From: Patescibacteria group bacterium
GTDB taxonomy: Bacteria > Patescibacteriota > Microgenomatia > UBA1400 > PJMF01
Length of the DNA stretch: 64,000 nt
Reading direction: 5' to 3'
NCBI GenBank assembly: GCA_016861085.1
Contig: BOKR01000001.1
Coordinates: 323,271 to 387,270 of the forward strand
Positions 10,425 to 19,445 of this stretch are shown here, in pieces. A model generated the notes under the pieces. It saw only the letters and a list, made by a program, of their open reading frames with translations, did not search any database and had not been told where the DNA came from. The position numbers were made by a program, and so were the translations under genes. The first letter of the stretch is position 1; every line of letters starts with the position of its first letter.

Positions 10425-10894
10425 TGCTGTCCATTTTAATTTGCACTATTCGGCTTCTTGTTCTTGAGGGGGCGGCCAGTGGATATGCACCCAACCGCTT
10501 TGCCCTTGTTCGTAGACTTGTAGGAGGTTGCCATTCTCATCTGTGACAACTCCCCAGCCGTAATGTACATCTACGAGGCTGAAGATGACCTGGTCGGTAG
10601 GTGCCACGAACTCCACCTGATCGGTTTCGATAATGTCGTTATGAGCCAGCCCAGAGTCAATTCGCTGGCATTCCATTTGACCTTCAATTGTCTCAACGCC
10701 GTTTTGGGTAATTGTCAGCTCACCCCTTCCGGGGCAGAACAAAACATTACCGGTGGCCAGCACTTCAGTCGCTGGTCTGTAGAAGTCTTGCTGGGGACCG
10801 CCGCAAGCGGTCAACCCCAATAATAAAGGAAGCAAAAACCATTTCAGTCTTTTTAGCATAGTATTCACCATATAGCAAACAAAATGGACAGCAT
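10424..10894. repeat. Perfect 14-bp inverted repeat (extendable to ~20 bp) bracketing one ORF
   Basis: ATGCTGTCCATTTT (10424-10437) and AAAATGGACAGCAT (10881-10894). It extends inward via TTTGC/GCAAA. Confidence 0.9.
10446..10871 (-). CDS. Orphan lipoprotein, GC-richer than its surroundings
   Basis: Signal peptide KRLKWFLLPLLLG with lipobox LTAC. Start is 10871 or 10859. Confidence 0.8.
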   Translation of the reverse strand: MVNTMLKRLKWFLLPLLLGLTACGGPQQDFYRPATEVLATGNVLFCPGRGELTITQNGVETIEGQMECQRIDSGLAHNDIIETDQVEFVAPTDQVIFSLVDVHYGWGVVTDENGNLLQVYEQGQSGWVHIHWPPPQEQEAE

Positions 10895-10965
10895 GTCATA
10901 TACAATGGTTTTTTATATACAACATGCCGCCCACAGTTCTCACTAAGTGGTAGAAAAAAGAGTGC

Positions 10966-10981
10966 AAATTGTTAAAGAACA
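10966..10981 (-). promoter_or_regulatory. boxA (Nus-factor binding) element
   Basis: Minus strand TGTTCTTTAACAATTT, one mismatch from the E. coli rrn leader boxA context TGCTCTTTAACAATTT. Confidence 0.7.
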
Positions 10982-11049
10982 GGTTCCATTGCAACAAACA
11001 AGAATTGACTGAGCGATTCAATACCTCTTATTCATCAAAATGTGTGCAA

Positions 11050-11058
11050 ATTATATCA
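11050..11058 (-). promoter_or_regulatory. Extended -10 promoter for the lipoprotein transcript
   Basis: TGATATAAT immediately downstream of the rpsU terminator. Confidence 0.7.
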
Positions 11059-11066
11059 CGTTGTAC

Positions 11067-11095
11067 AAAAAAGGGCCGCTGTACAGCGGCCCTTT
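11067..11095 (-). terminator. rpsU intrinsic terminator
   Basis: AAAGGGCCGCT-GTAC-AGCGGCCCTTTTTT. Confidence 0.9.
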
Positions 11096-11118
11096 ACTTT
11101 GATTCTATGTGAAAATTG

Positions 11119-11370
11119 TTATTTTCCTAAACGATCATTGATTCTTTGTAGTGTAGCTGAAGAAATATTTTTCATTTTCTTCAAACTTCTTGCACGTTTT
11201 CTCAATCTTCTTTTTTCAGTTTTGTTAACTGTTCTAATTTCGGAAGGTTTTTTATAGAATCTTCTGTCTCTAGCTTTCGTAACAATATCAGCTGCCGCGA
11301 TCGCTTTCTTAAACTTTTTGATGATATCATGTGTGCTATCACCAGCTTTAGCTTTAATAATTATAGGCAT
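11119..11370 (-). CDS. rpsU: 30S ribosomal protein bS21
   Basis: IKKFKK...RRFYKKPSE.R motif and AAAGGAGGTG SD. Confidence 0.9.
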   Translation of the reverse strand: MPIIIKAKAGDSTHDIIKKFKKAIAAADIVTKARDRRFYKKPSEIRTVNKTEKRRLRKRARSLKKMKNISSATLQRINDRLGK

Positions 11371-11480
11371 TGATTCTCACCTCCTTTCCAAAATTGGCGT
11401 AACTAATAGATCTTTTTCAAAAATGCCAGTTGCTTGAACCCATTCGTTTCAAACAAGATTTGTATTATACCACGTCTTGA

Positions 11481-11954
11481 TTATTTTTGAGATTCACGGA
11501 TGTTTTTTGCTAATTCAGCAAGTTCCTGACTATCAGCGAGCTGCGAATCATTAGAACAAATATATCCTGGATACATTTCGTAGTAGTCTTTTTTCTTTCC
11601 ACTCTCAATTGGTTTCCATTCTGGAATTGCTGTGCCATGCAGTGGATAGAGCTTAGAATGCAAGTGGTCAACCCCGAAGCCTTCAAAAACCATCCCACAA
11701 CGGCCAACATCTTCAAAGTAGCGAGTTAAAATATTTGCAGTGTTTTTTGTTGCGACAATGAGATCTTTTAATACAGAGTCTTCTTGATCAAACGCAGAAC
11801 TGCCGTAATGTTCTTTGGTGATGACAACAGTAGCGCCTTTTGTATTAGGAAAAATTGTTAGAAAAGCTAGGTGTTTTTCGTCCTCATAAATCTTATGATA
11901 CGAAACTTCACCTGCGATCATTTTACAAAATAAGCAATCAGCAACTTTGGTCAT
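11481..11954 (-). CDS. HIT family nucleotide hydrolase
   Basis: DCLFCKM, IYEDE..LAFL..FP...G and a variant triad VDHLHSK. Confidence 0.88.
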   Translation of the reverse strand: MTKVADCLFCKMIAGEVSYHKIYEDEKHLAFLTIFPNTKGATVVITKEHYGSSAFDQEDSVLKDLIVATKNTANILTRYFEDVGRCGMVFEGFGVDHLHSKLYPLHGTAIPEWKPIESGKKKDYYEMYPGYICSNDSQLADSQELAELAKNIRESQK

Positions 11955-12822
11955 ACAGTGTTTCCTTTGCGAGTGCAACAATCTCATCAAGTGTTAACGG
12001 ACTTGGAGTTTGGTTTGTATGTTTTCTCGAACCATTGATAAGCATTCTTCCAGATGCATGGTAAAACCAGTAGCCAATTTTGTCTTTTTTAGTTACTGCT
12101 TCATAGAGCGGTTTCAAGACCATTTTACAGTCAGGTCGAACCTTTATTCTAATATCACCCTGTTTTGGATCTTTTTTGATAACTAAATCATATCCTTGTT
12201 TTTGAGCAACTTTAATTGTGTCATCGTTACGAGTTTCAATAGCAATGCATTTAATTGATCCAATTTTAAATGGTTCACCTTTCTCTTCAATGATCTCTCT
12301 GGCTTTAATTTGTTGGGTTAAAACTGCATATGTAGAATCAAGACATTTAAGTCCGAACTGCATTTGCGAATCATCATCATGCGGTTCTGTAAATTCTATT
12401 CCACGAATTAACTCGTGTAACATCATAGAATATCTGTAGTTACTTGCGTCTGGCCAATGAATTTCTTCAAAATGGTCGATTTCTGTAATAAATTCAGAAA
12501 TAATGTGTAATGCTTGATCATTTTCCAAGTCCTTATTTCTTTCACAGACAAAATCGTGGACCAAAGAGGTTGCACTGATAAGGAGAGAGCCCTTTTCAGG
12601 CTGGTGGTGGTCAAATCTGCCAAGTCCAGTATCAACATGGGTGACATCATGAAGTTCGAATCCCAACTCATGTGCCATATCAATTGAGATAGTTTCACCG
12701 GGGTTTACATATGCTACCTTTGCGTCTGCATATTTTTTTGGTTCAAATGTTTTTAGAATCCAAGTAGCGCCAACTGCGTCCAAGTCTGGGGCGTGATGAG
12801 TAACTATGAGTTGTCTTGACAT
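11938..12822 (-). CDS. DHH-superfamily phosphoesterase, MYG1-like
   Basis: VTHH.PDLD, VDTG.GRFDHHQ and WFYHASG. Confidence 0.7.
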   Translation of the reverse strand: MSRQLIVTHHAPDLDAVGATWILKTFEPKKYADAKVAYVNPGETISIDMAHELGFELHDVTHVDTGLGRFDHHQPEKGSLLISATSLVHDFVCERNKDLENDQALHIISEFITEIDHFEEIHWPDASNYRYSMMLHELIRGIEFTEPHDDDSQMQFGLKCLDSTYAVLTQQIKAREIIEEKGEPFKIGSIKCIAIETRNDDTIKVAQKQGYDLVIKKDPKQGDIRIKVRPDCKMVLKPLYEAVTKKDKIGYWFYHASGRMLINGSRKHTNQTPSPLTLDEIVALAKETLYDQSC

Positions 12823-12845
12823 ATTCAATAGTATATCATCTGGAT

Positions 12846-12904
12846 AAAAAAAACCCACCGCAAGAACCATATTTTAAGTTAAAAATAGGATGTTTGCAGT
12901 GGGT
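12846..12904 (-). terminator. Long hairpin terminator, possibly an attenuator
   Basis: ACCCACTGCAA...TTGCGGTGGGT followed by a T-run on the minus strand. Confidence 0.7.
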
Positions 12905-13078
12905 ATCCTCACCGGGATGTAATAGTAATATACGAAATAATATAGAAAAACATAGCAGCAAAAAAGAGCGATAAATGGATTTATAATTACTCTTTATGAC
13001 TAATCATATATTTTAATATAAGACGAAAAATTGCATATTTCTTACACAATATTTGTTGTATTTTTTGCAGTAATAAAA

Positions 13079-13408
13079 TTATCTAAGCTTAAACAGTCTT
13101 TTGATAAGCCACCATACAATTTTGAAGGGAAGCGTAATAAGTTGCCAAATCAGTGGTTGCTTGTCTTCTTCTCCTCTCACCCAAGCTGAGATAATGAGGT
13201 GTTTTTTTTGATCTGGTTTATATGTGGCAACGACATGATATCTTCTATTTTGGATAGTTTTTATATATTTATTGCTTTTGCTATCTTTCTTGTAAACTGC
13301 ATCAGGGTAATTTACAGTCTCGAAAACAGAATGAAGTGCCAAACTTCTATCCACAATTCGCTCATAGGCATGCTTTGTGAAGATAATATTTTTATATTCT
13401 TGTGACAT
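13079..13408 (-). CDS. DUF4258-like protein with C-terminal amphipathic tail
   Basis: FTKHAYERI..R, V..PD and IISAWVR. Translationally coupled to proS through TAATG. Confidence 0.7.
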   Translation of the reverse strand: MSQEYKNIIFTKHAYERIVDRSLALHSVFETVNYPDAVYKKDSKSNKYIKTIQNRRYHVVATYKPDQKKHLIISAWVRGEEDKQPLIWQLITLPFKIVWWLIKRLFKLR

Positions 13409-14853
13409 TAGTATGCTTGAGCAAAAAGCCATCGATGTGTAGCATGGTTTCCACATTTAATGCAGGCTCCTGACTCTTCTGAGACTGAGCCTTTAGTATC
13501 AATGAATGGGAGACATCTTGTCGAAGCTTTTGTTTCCTCTTTGATTTGTTTTTCGCACAGTTCCGATTCACACCAAAACGCTTTGATAAAACCTCTAGTA
13601 GTACTCATAATTTGTTTGAAGTCTTCATAAGAATTTGCCTCAAAACTAAGTTCTTGTGTTCTTTTTTGTGCCGCAGCAAACAGTTCTGTTTGGATCTTTT
13701 CAAGTAGGTTGCTTACTTGCTCAATACAGTTTTCCAGAGCTAGAGTCTCTTTTGACTTATTATAGCGAACTGACGCAGTTACTTGGTTTTGTTCGAGTTC
13801 TCTGTTGCCAAGGATGAGAGTAATAGGTATACCCTGAAGTTCACTCTCATTGAGTTTCCAGCCAAGAGATGTTTTCTCAGAAACGTCAGCTACAGACCTG
13901 ATTCCCTTTTCTTTCAACATACTAACAAGTGACTGGCATTTTGTAATAACAGCCTCGTCTTTGCTCGCTGAAGCGACTACAACTTGAATTGGGGCTACTC
14001 TTGGAGGTATGACAACTCCATCATCATCGCCATGTGTCATGATCAGGGCACCAATAATCCTGGTTGAAAGGCCCCAACTATTTTGCCATGCGTATTGGGT
14101 AGTATCATTCTCATCTTGAAAGTTAATATTAAAGGCATCTTTTTTGGAAAAATTTTGTCCCAAATGGTGGCTTGTACCCGATTGCAGAGCTTTCCCGTCG
14201 GGCATCATCGCTTCTATAGTTGTGGTTAGGTCTGCCCCTGCAAATTTTTCACTCTCACTCTTTTTACCTTTGACAACTGGGATTGCTAAGTACTCTTCAG
14301 CAAGCGCTCGATATGATTCAAGGGCATCATACATGACTGAGGTTGCTTCTTCTTGTGTTGCATGAGCTGAATGAGCCTCCTGCCATAAAAACTCGGTTGT
14401 CCTGAGAAAAAAATTAGTGCGTTTTTCCCAGCGAACCACGTTGTTCCACTGGTTAATTTTTATTGGCAAGTCCCTATGAGATTGGACCCATTTTGAATAC
14501 ATATCATACATAATGGTTTCAGAAGTTGGTCTGACTACCAATTTTTCAGTTAATTCTTCTCCACCAGCATGAGTTACGATAGCAAGCTCGGGAGCAAACC
14601 CCTCAACATGGTCAGCTTCTTTTTCTAAGAATGACATCGGAATGAAAATAGGAAAATACGCGTTTCTTACTTCCATTGTATCAAGGTACTTTTGGTATGA
14701 TTTTTGAATATGTTCCCAAATGCCATAGCCATTTGGTCGAATAACCATACAACCCTTAACAGGTGAATAATCAGCTAATCTAGCCTGTTGAATTACTTGC
14801 GTGTACCACTTACTCATGTTTTCTGATTTAGGGGTTAAATCTCGTTTTGCCAT
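13408..14853 (-). CDS. proS: Prolyl-tRNA synthetase (archaeal/eukaryotic type)
   Basis: HVEGFAPE, RPTSET, QWNNVVRWE, FLRTTEFLWQE, GTSHHLGQNF and C-terminal AY. Confidence 0.97.
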   Translation of the reverse strand: MAKRDLTPKSENMSKWYTQVIQQARLADYSPVKGCMVIRPNGYGIWEHIQKSYQKYLDTMEVRNAYFPIFIPMSFLEKEADHVEGFAPELAIVTHAGGEELTEKLVVRPTSETIMYDMYSKWVQSHRDLPIKINQWNNVVRWEKRTNFFLRTTEFLWQEAHSAHATQEEATSVMYDALESYRALAEEYLAIPVVKGKKSESEKFAGADLTTTIEAMMPDGKALQSGTSHHLGQNFSKKDAFNINFQDENDTTQYAWQNSWGLSTRIIGALIMTHGDDDGVVIPPRVAPIQVVVASASKDEAVITKCQSLVSMLKEKGIRSVADVSEKTSLGWKLNESELQGIPITLILGNRELEQNQVTASVRYNKSKETLALENCIEQVSNLLEKIQTELFAAAQKRTQELSFEANSYEDFKQIMSTTRGFIKAFWCESELCEKQIKEETKASTRCLPFIDTKGSVSEESGACIKCGNHATHRWLFAQAY

Positions 14854-14890
14854 ACATTCCTTGTCTATTCGTCTGGTGATTATACTATAC

Positions 14891-15787
14891 CTACATCCAG
14901 GTTTTAAGTGCTTGGACAAATGTGTCAGCAGTATCCAAAACAATTATTTTTTCTGGCAATTGCGTGTGGTGGATTGAGTTAGTAATCACTACTGAGTTAA
15001 TACTCTCGTCGTTCATGAGTGTTAAGCCGTTTTGGGCAAAAATTCCGTGCGTTACAAAGAAGTGAACTTCCTTTGCTTTGTGCTGTTTAAGAAACTTAGC
15101 TACTTCAACGACAGTACTGCCTGTGTTAATAATATCGTCATAAATTAAACAAATTTTCCCCTCGACATTGCCTGAAATTCCCATAGGAGTAACTTTACCG
15201 GTTGTTAAGTCTCTATGTTTATCAACATTTGCCAGATCAAGTTCAAGCTCATTTGCGATTGATCGAGCTCTTTTGAGACCACCAAAATCTGGACTGACAA
15301 CAACAGCTTTTTTCAAATCAACATTTTTCTTAATATATTTTGAAAATAATTCTATTGAAGAATGGTGGTGGGTTGGGATTGAGAAAAACCCTGGGATGCT
15401 TGTGTTGTGTAAATCTAACAGATGTGCTCTTTTTATATAGGCATTCGAAACAAGGTCGGCAATAATTTTTGCTGCCATTGGTTCACCTGGTCTAAAAAGT
15501 TTGTCTTGTAATGAGTATCCCATCCAGGGAATAATTGCATTGACATGTCTAGCGCCTGAGCGTTCAAGCGCGTCTGCAATTAACAAAAACTCAATAATAT
15601 ATTCATCGGCTGGGGTAGAAAACGACTGAACTAAAACAACATTCTCACCATTGAGATTATCTTTAATCCAAACTCTTTTTTCTCCATTTTTAAATTTTGA
15701 AATTTCAGCATCAACCAACCTTAGATTGAGTTTTTGGGCAATATTTTGCGCCAAAGCTCTATTTGAAGTACCAGAAATTATCTTCAT
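14891..15787 (-). CDS. prs: Ribose-phosphate pyrophosphokinase
   Basis: F.NGE, DLH, VSPDFGG and DDIINTGST. Confidence 0.95.
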   Translation of the reverse strand: MKIISGTSNRALAQNIAQKLNLRLVDAEISKFKNGEKRVWIKDNLNGENVVLVQSFSTPADEYIIEFLLIADALERSGARHVNAIIPWMGYSLQDKLFRPGEPMAAKIIADLVSNAYIKRAHLLDLHNTSIPGFFSIPTHHHSSIELFSKYIKKNVDLKKAVVVSPDFGGLKRARSIANELELDLANVDKHRDLTTGKVTPMGISGNVEGKICLIYDDIINTGSTVVEVAKFLKQHKAKEVHFFVTHGIFAQNGLTLMNDESINSVVITNSIHHTQLPEKIIVLDTADTFVQALKTWM

Positions 15788-15843
15788 ACCAACCATTGTA
15801 GCACTAACTTAGTTGAAGTTTGAATGAGAGCATTCTGAATATA

Positions 15844-18810
15844 TTAGGCTCTATGTTCAGGAGCATTAATCAATCCACATTTTTTGTATTTTAAACCGCT
15901 CCCGCATGGACAAGGATCATTACGCCCAATTTTTATAGTAGCAGTTGCTTGATTCACTTTTGTCCCAATTTTTGCTTTACCAAGTGCTGCTGCTAGATCA
16001 CTTGTGGAACCAGTTGTTTTTTTGGCTACTGGTTGTTGTGCCTGTGAGTTTGGCGACGCTGTTGATAACCCAGAAGCTAAGCTTTCAGTAGTATCTTGTT
16101 TTTGCTCTATAGCCCTTGATAAGTCGATTCTAGGTTGAATTGGTTGTCTGTTTGTGAACTGTACTCTATAAATTCTATTTGCAATGGTTGATTCTATATC
16201 AGAGATGAGTCCTTCAAACATTGCAAAACCCTCTTTTTTGTACTCTGAAAGCACAGTTCGTTTATCACCTCTAAGCCAGATACCTTGTCGTAGTGAATCC
16301 ATAGCATCAATATGCTCCATCCATTTTTCGTCCAGAGTTGAAAGCGTTACGATTCTTTCTAAATCCCTGATTTCTTTTTCTCCAGTAGCTGTTTCTTTTG
16401 CTTTATACGTTTCATGAGCAACTTTTTTTAACTTTTCTATAATTACTTCAGTTTCTGTTTCAGAACTAATATTTTTGACTAATTGCTCTTGTGAATTTTG
16501 ATCAAATGGAATCATTTTACTGAATTCTTTGACCAATGCTTTGTACTCTTCTTCTGTAAAGCCTTGTGGGGCGTGCATGCTGACTATGTGGGTGATCTCA
16601 TTTTCAACATACTCCATAATTTGTTCGTGAAGTGTTTGAATGCCTGTTGTCTCAGGATCCATATCTACAGTTTGTTCAGCTTGGGTAAGTAAACGCTTTC
16701 TTCGTTTGTAGATAATATCTCTTTGTCTGTTGATAACATCATCAAATTCAACTAATCGTTTTCTTTGATCAAAGAAAAATCCTTCGACCTTAACCTGTGC
16801 TGACTCAATAGATTTACTCACCATTGCATGCTCAATGGGTTGGTTCTCTTCAATTTTGAGCATCTCCATAACTTTGGCGATTTGTTCACCACCAAAAATT
16901 CTCATGATTTCATCTTCTAGTGAAACAAAAAATTGTGAAGAACCTGGGTCACCTTGACGTCCAGACCGACCTCTTAACTGATTATCAATACGTCTAGATT
17001 CGTGACGCTCAGTACCAAGGATATATAAACCGCCAGCTGCGACAACTGCTTCATGCTCATTTTTCCAAGTTTCCAAAGCTTTAGCATATTCCTTAAGTTT
17101 GTAATTTTTTGGATTTACTGAAGGAGGTAGCGACAATCCAAGATCAGCAGCCTTTTGCCAATCTTCTTTGAGTGCTGGCGTTTTGGTAAGGGTAGTTTTT
17201 CTAAAATCTTTTAGTTCCGGTTTTGCACCTCCAAGAACGATATCAACACCACGACCAGCAATATTAGTTGCGACAGTTATGGCTCCTTTTCGACCAGCAT
17301 CGGCAATAATAAATGCTTCTTTTTCATGATTTTTAGCATTGAGAACTTGATGTTCAATTTTTTTGCGTTTTAAAAAATTAGAAATAATCTGGTTATGCTC
17401 GATAGATTTGGTACCAATCATGATTGGTTGGCCAGTTTCGTGAATTCTTTCGACCTCATGAACAATTGCTGAATATTTTCCAGCGGTATTTTTATATACG
17501 ACGTCTGACTTGTCTTCACGAATAACAGTAACATTAGTTGGGATTGCCAACACGCTGAGGCCATAAATTTTCTCGAACTCTTCTGCTTCGGTAATAGCTG
17601 TACCGGTCATACCACTTAGTTTCTGGTACATTCTAAAGTAGTTCTGAATAGAAATTGTGGCGAGAGTTTTTGATTCTTGTTGGATTTGTACACCCTCTTT
17701 GGCTTCGATTGCTTGATGCAAGCTTTCAGAATATCGTCTGCCAAACATTAGACGTCCCGTGTGCTCGTCAACGATGATGACTTCACCTTCTCGAACAATA
17801 TAGTGCTTATCACGTTCAAAGAGTGCTTTGGCCTTGAGTGCTGATTCGATGTGGTGGATAGTATCAAAACTTTCCTCGTATAAGTTCTTGACTCCAATTT
17901 TTTGTTCAATACGTTTTACACCAAGATCAGTTAGTGTGGCAGTTCTGGCTTTTTCGTCTACAGAATAATCAATTTCTCGAGTCAAGGTATTCACCATTTT
18001 TGCATACTCAGAATACATCCTGGTTGGAGCAGCGTCTGGGGCAGAGATAATTAGTGGAGTACGGGCTTCGTCAATCAAGATAGAGTCAGCTTCGTCTACA
18101 ATTGTAAAGAAATGTGGAGTGTCGACTCTTTGCGACATTCTTTCGAGTGTCTGCACCATGTTATCGCGCAAGTAATCAAAGCCAAATTCGTTGTTTGTGC
18201 CGTAAGTGATATCACAGGCATATGCATCTTTTCTGCTGATTTCTTCAAAGTGCTCAAGTCGTTCGTCACCTCTGTCAGCGCTATCGATTTCAGGGTTATA
18301 TTTTCTGGAGTGGTCATGGATAATTACAGCAACAGAAAGGTCTAGGAAGTGATAAATTTGACCCATCCAGCCACACCCTAACTCAGCCAAGTAGTCGTTG
18401 ACGGTTATTAAGTGAGCGCCTTTGCCTAAAAGAGAATTTAAATACAGGGGGGCTGTAACAGTGAGCGTCTTACCTTCACCAGTTTTTTGTTCAGTGACAC
18501 TTCCTTTATGGAGGGCAATACCAGCAAGAAGTTGCACGTCAAAATGACGCATACCCAAAACTCTACGAGATGCTTCACGAACAGTCGCAAATGCTTCGGG
18601 CAAGATTGCATCAAGTGCCTCGGCTTCAGATTTTCCTGCCTCTAGACTATCGGTAATCTGTTTTTTGAATTTTTTGGTTTGGGCAGCTAATTTTGCGTCA
18701 GATAATTTCTGAATAGTTGGCTCAAAAGCGTTAATTTGATCAACAATAAGTTGGTATTGGTCAAGTGTTTTTTTATCTTCATTGAAAAGGTTTTTGATGA
18801 ATTTAAACAT
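15844..18810 (-). CDS. secA: Preprotein translocase SecA
   Basis: TGEGKT, DEADSILIDEARTPLIIS, QLRGRSGRQGDPG and GRNDPCPCGSG. Confidence 0.98.
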   Translation of the reverse strand: MFKFIKNLFNEDKKTLDQYQLIVDQINAFEPTIQKLSDAKLAAQTKKFKKQITDSLEAGKSEAEALDAILPEAFATVREASRRVLGMRHFDVQLLAGIALHKGSVTEQKTGEGKTLTVTAPLYLNSLLGKGAHLITVNDYLAELGCGWMGQIYHFLDLSVAVIIHDHSRKYNPEIDSADRGDERLEHFEEISRKDAYACDITYGTNNEFGFDYLRDNMVQTLERMSQRVDTPHFFTIVDEADSILIDEARTPLIISAPDAAPTRMYSEYAKMVNTLTREIDYSVDEKARTATLTDLGVKRIEQKIGVKNLYEESFDTIHHIESALKAKALFERDKHYIVREGEVIIVDEHTGRLMFGRRYSESLHQAIEAKEGVQIQQESKTLATISIQNYFRMYQKLSGMTGTAITEAEEFEKIYGLSVLAIPTNVTVIREDKSDVVYKNTAGKYSAIVHEVERIHETGQPIMIGTKSIEHNQIISNFLKRKKIEHQVLNAKNHEKEAFIIADAGRKGAITVATNIAGRGVDIVLGGAKPELKDFRKTTLTKTPALKEDWQKAADLGLSLPPSVNPKNYKLKEYAKALETWKNEHEAVVAAGGLYILGTERHESRRIDNQLRGRSGRQGDPGSSQFFVSLEDEIMRIFGGEQIAKVMEMLKIEENQPIEHAMVSKSIESAQVKVEGFFFDQRKRLVEFDDVINRQRDIIYKRRKRLLTQAEQTVDMDPETTGIQTLHEQIMEYVENEITHIVSMHAPQGFTEEEYKALVKEFSKMIPFDQNSQEQLVKNISSETETEVIIEKLKKVAHETYKAKETATGEKEIRDLERIVTLSTLDEKWMEHIDAMDSLRQGIWLRGDKRTVLSEYKKEGFAMFEGLISDIESTIANRIYRVQFTNRQPIQPRIDLSRAIEQKQDTTESLASGLSTASPNSQAQQPVAKKTTGSTSDLAAALGKAKIGTKVNQATATIKIGRNDPCPCGSGLKYKKCGLINAPEHRA

Positions 18811-18858
18811 AGGATTAGCATTGTAACAGAATTATTGCCAAATAAAAACAGCTTTTAG

Positions 18859-19431
18859 CTATGTTGATTTTGCCTTAACAGTCTTAATTATGGCAGCAGT
18901 ATTAAATTTCTCTCTCAATGTAGTTTCAGTAGTGATGTTGTTAGATCCTTTAATTCTCCGACAAACTATGGCACCTTGATGTTTTTCCAGTACCATCCTC
19001 ACGGTACCACTAGCACTTATTAAAGTATCTCCAGTGTGAATATCGTCGAAATTAATATTTTCTGAAAGAATTGGTGTCTCGGCAAGATCTACATACGGAT
19101 TGGTAGCACTTTCCTCTGTGATTCTTTTTACAATTCCACCTTCTTGAGAAACCACAAATGCACTAAACTTTACTTCTCCTGGCTTTCCTGTTGGAGTTGG
19201 CTGTACGATAACGATGTCTCTTCTTCCATCAGAACGTAACAAGACATCTCCTACAATAGCTGAACTTATTTTTTCTTTGATTCCTGGTTTAAAGTGCTCA
19301 ACAACAAGAGATAAACTATCAACTTTTTTTTGTAGCTCTGCTATTAATAGTCTTGTTTGTTCTAGTGCTTCACGAGGATCAATTGCTTCCTCTTGGGTAT
19401 AACCAATTTCTTGCTTTTCAGTATTAATCAT
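18859..19431 (-). CDS. Hypothetical protein (coiled coil + two small beta-barrel-like repeats)
   Basis: 190-aa ORF between serS and secA with an AGGA SD. Confidence 0.65.
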   Translation of the reverse strand: MINTEKQEIGYTQEEAIDPREALEQTRLLIAELQKKVDSLSLVVEHFKPGIKEKISSAIVGDVLLRSDGRRDIVIVQPTPTGKPGEVKFSAFVVSQEGGIVKRITEESATNPYVDLAETPILSENINFDDIHTGDTLISASGTVRMVLEKHQGAIVCRRIKGSNNITTETTLREKFNTAAIIKTVKAKST

Positions 19432-19445
19432 AAATACTTTTCCTA

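Noticed and set aside
10424-10894. IS/MITE interpretation of the 14-bp inverted repeat
   Set aside because: There is no transposase, no target-site duplication and no second copy in the window. The G.U-dependent leader hairpins favour an RNA-level role, although a DNA inverton is not fully excluded.
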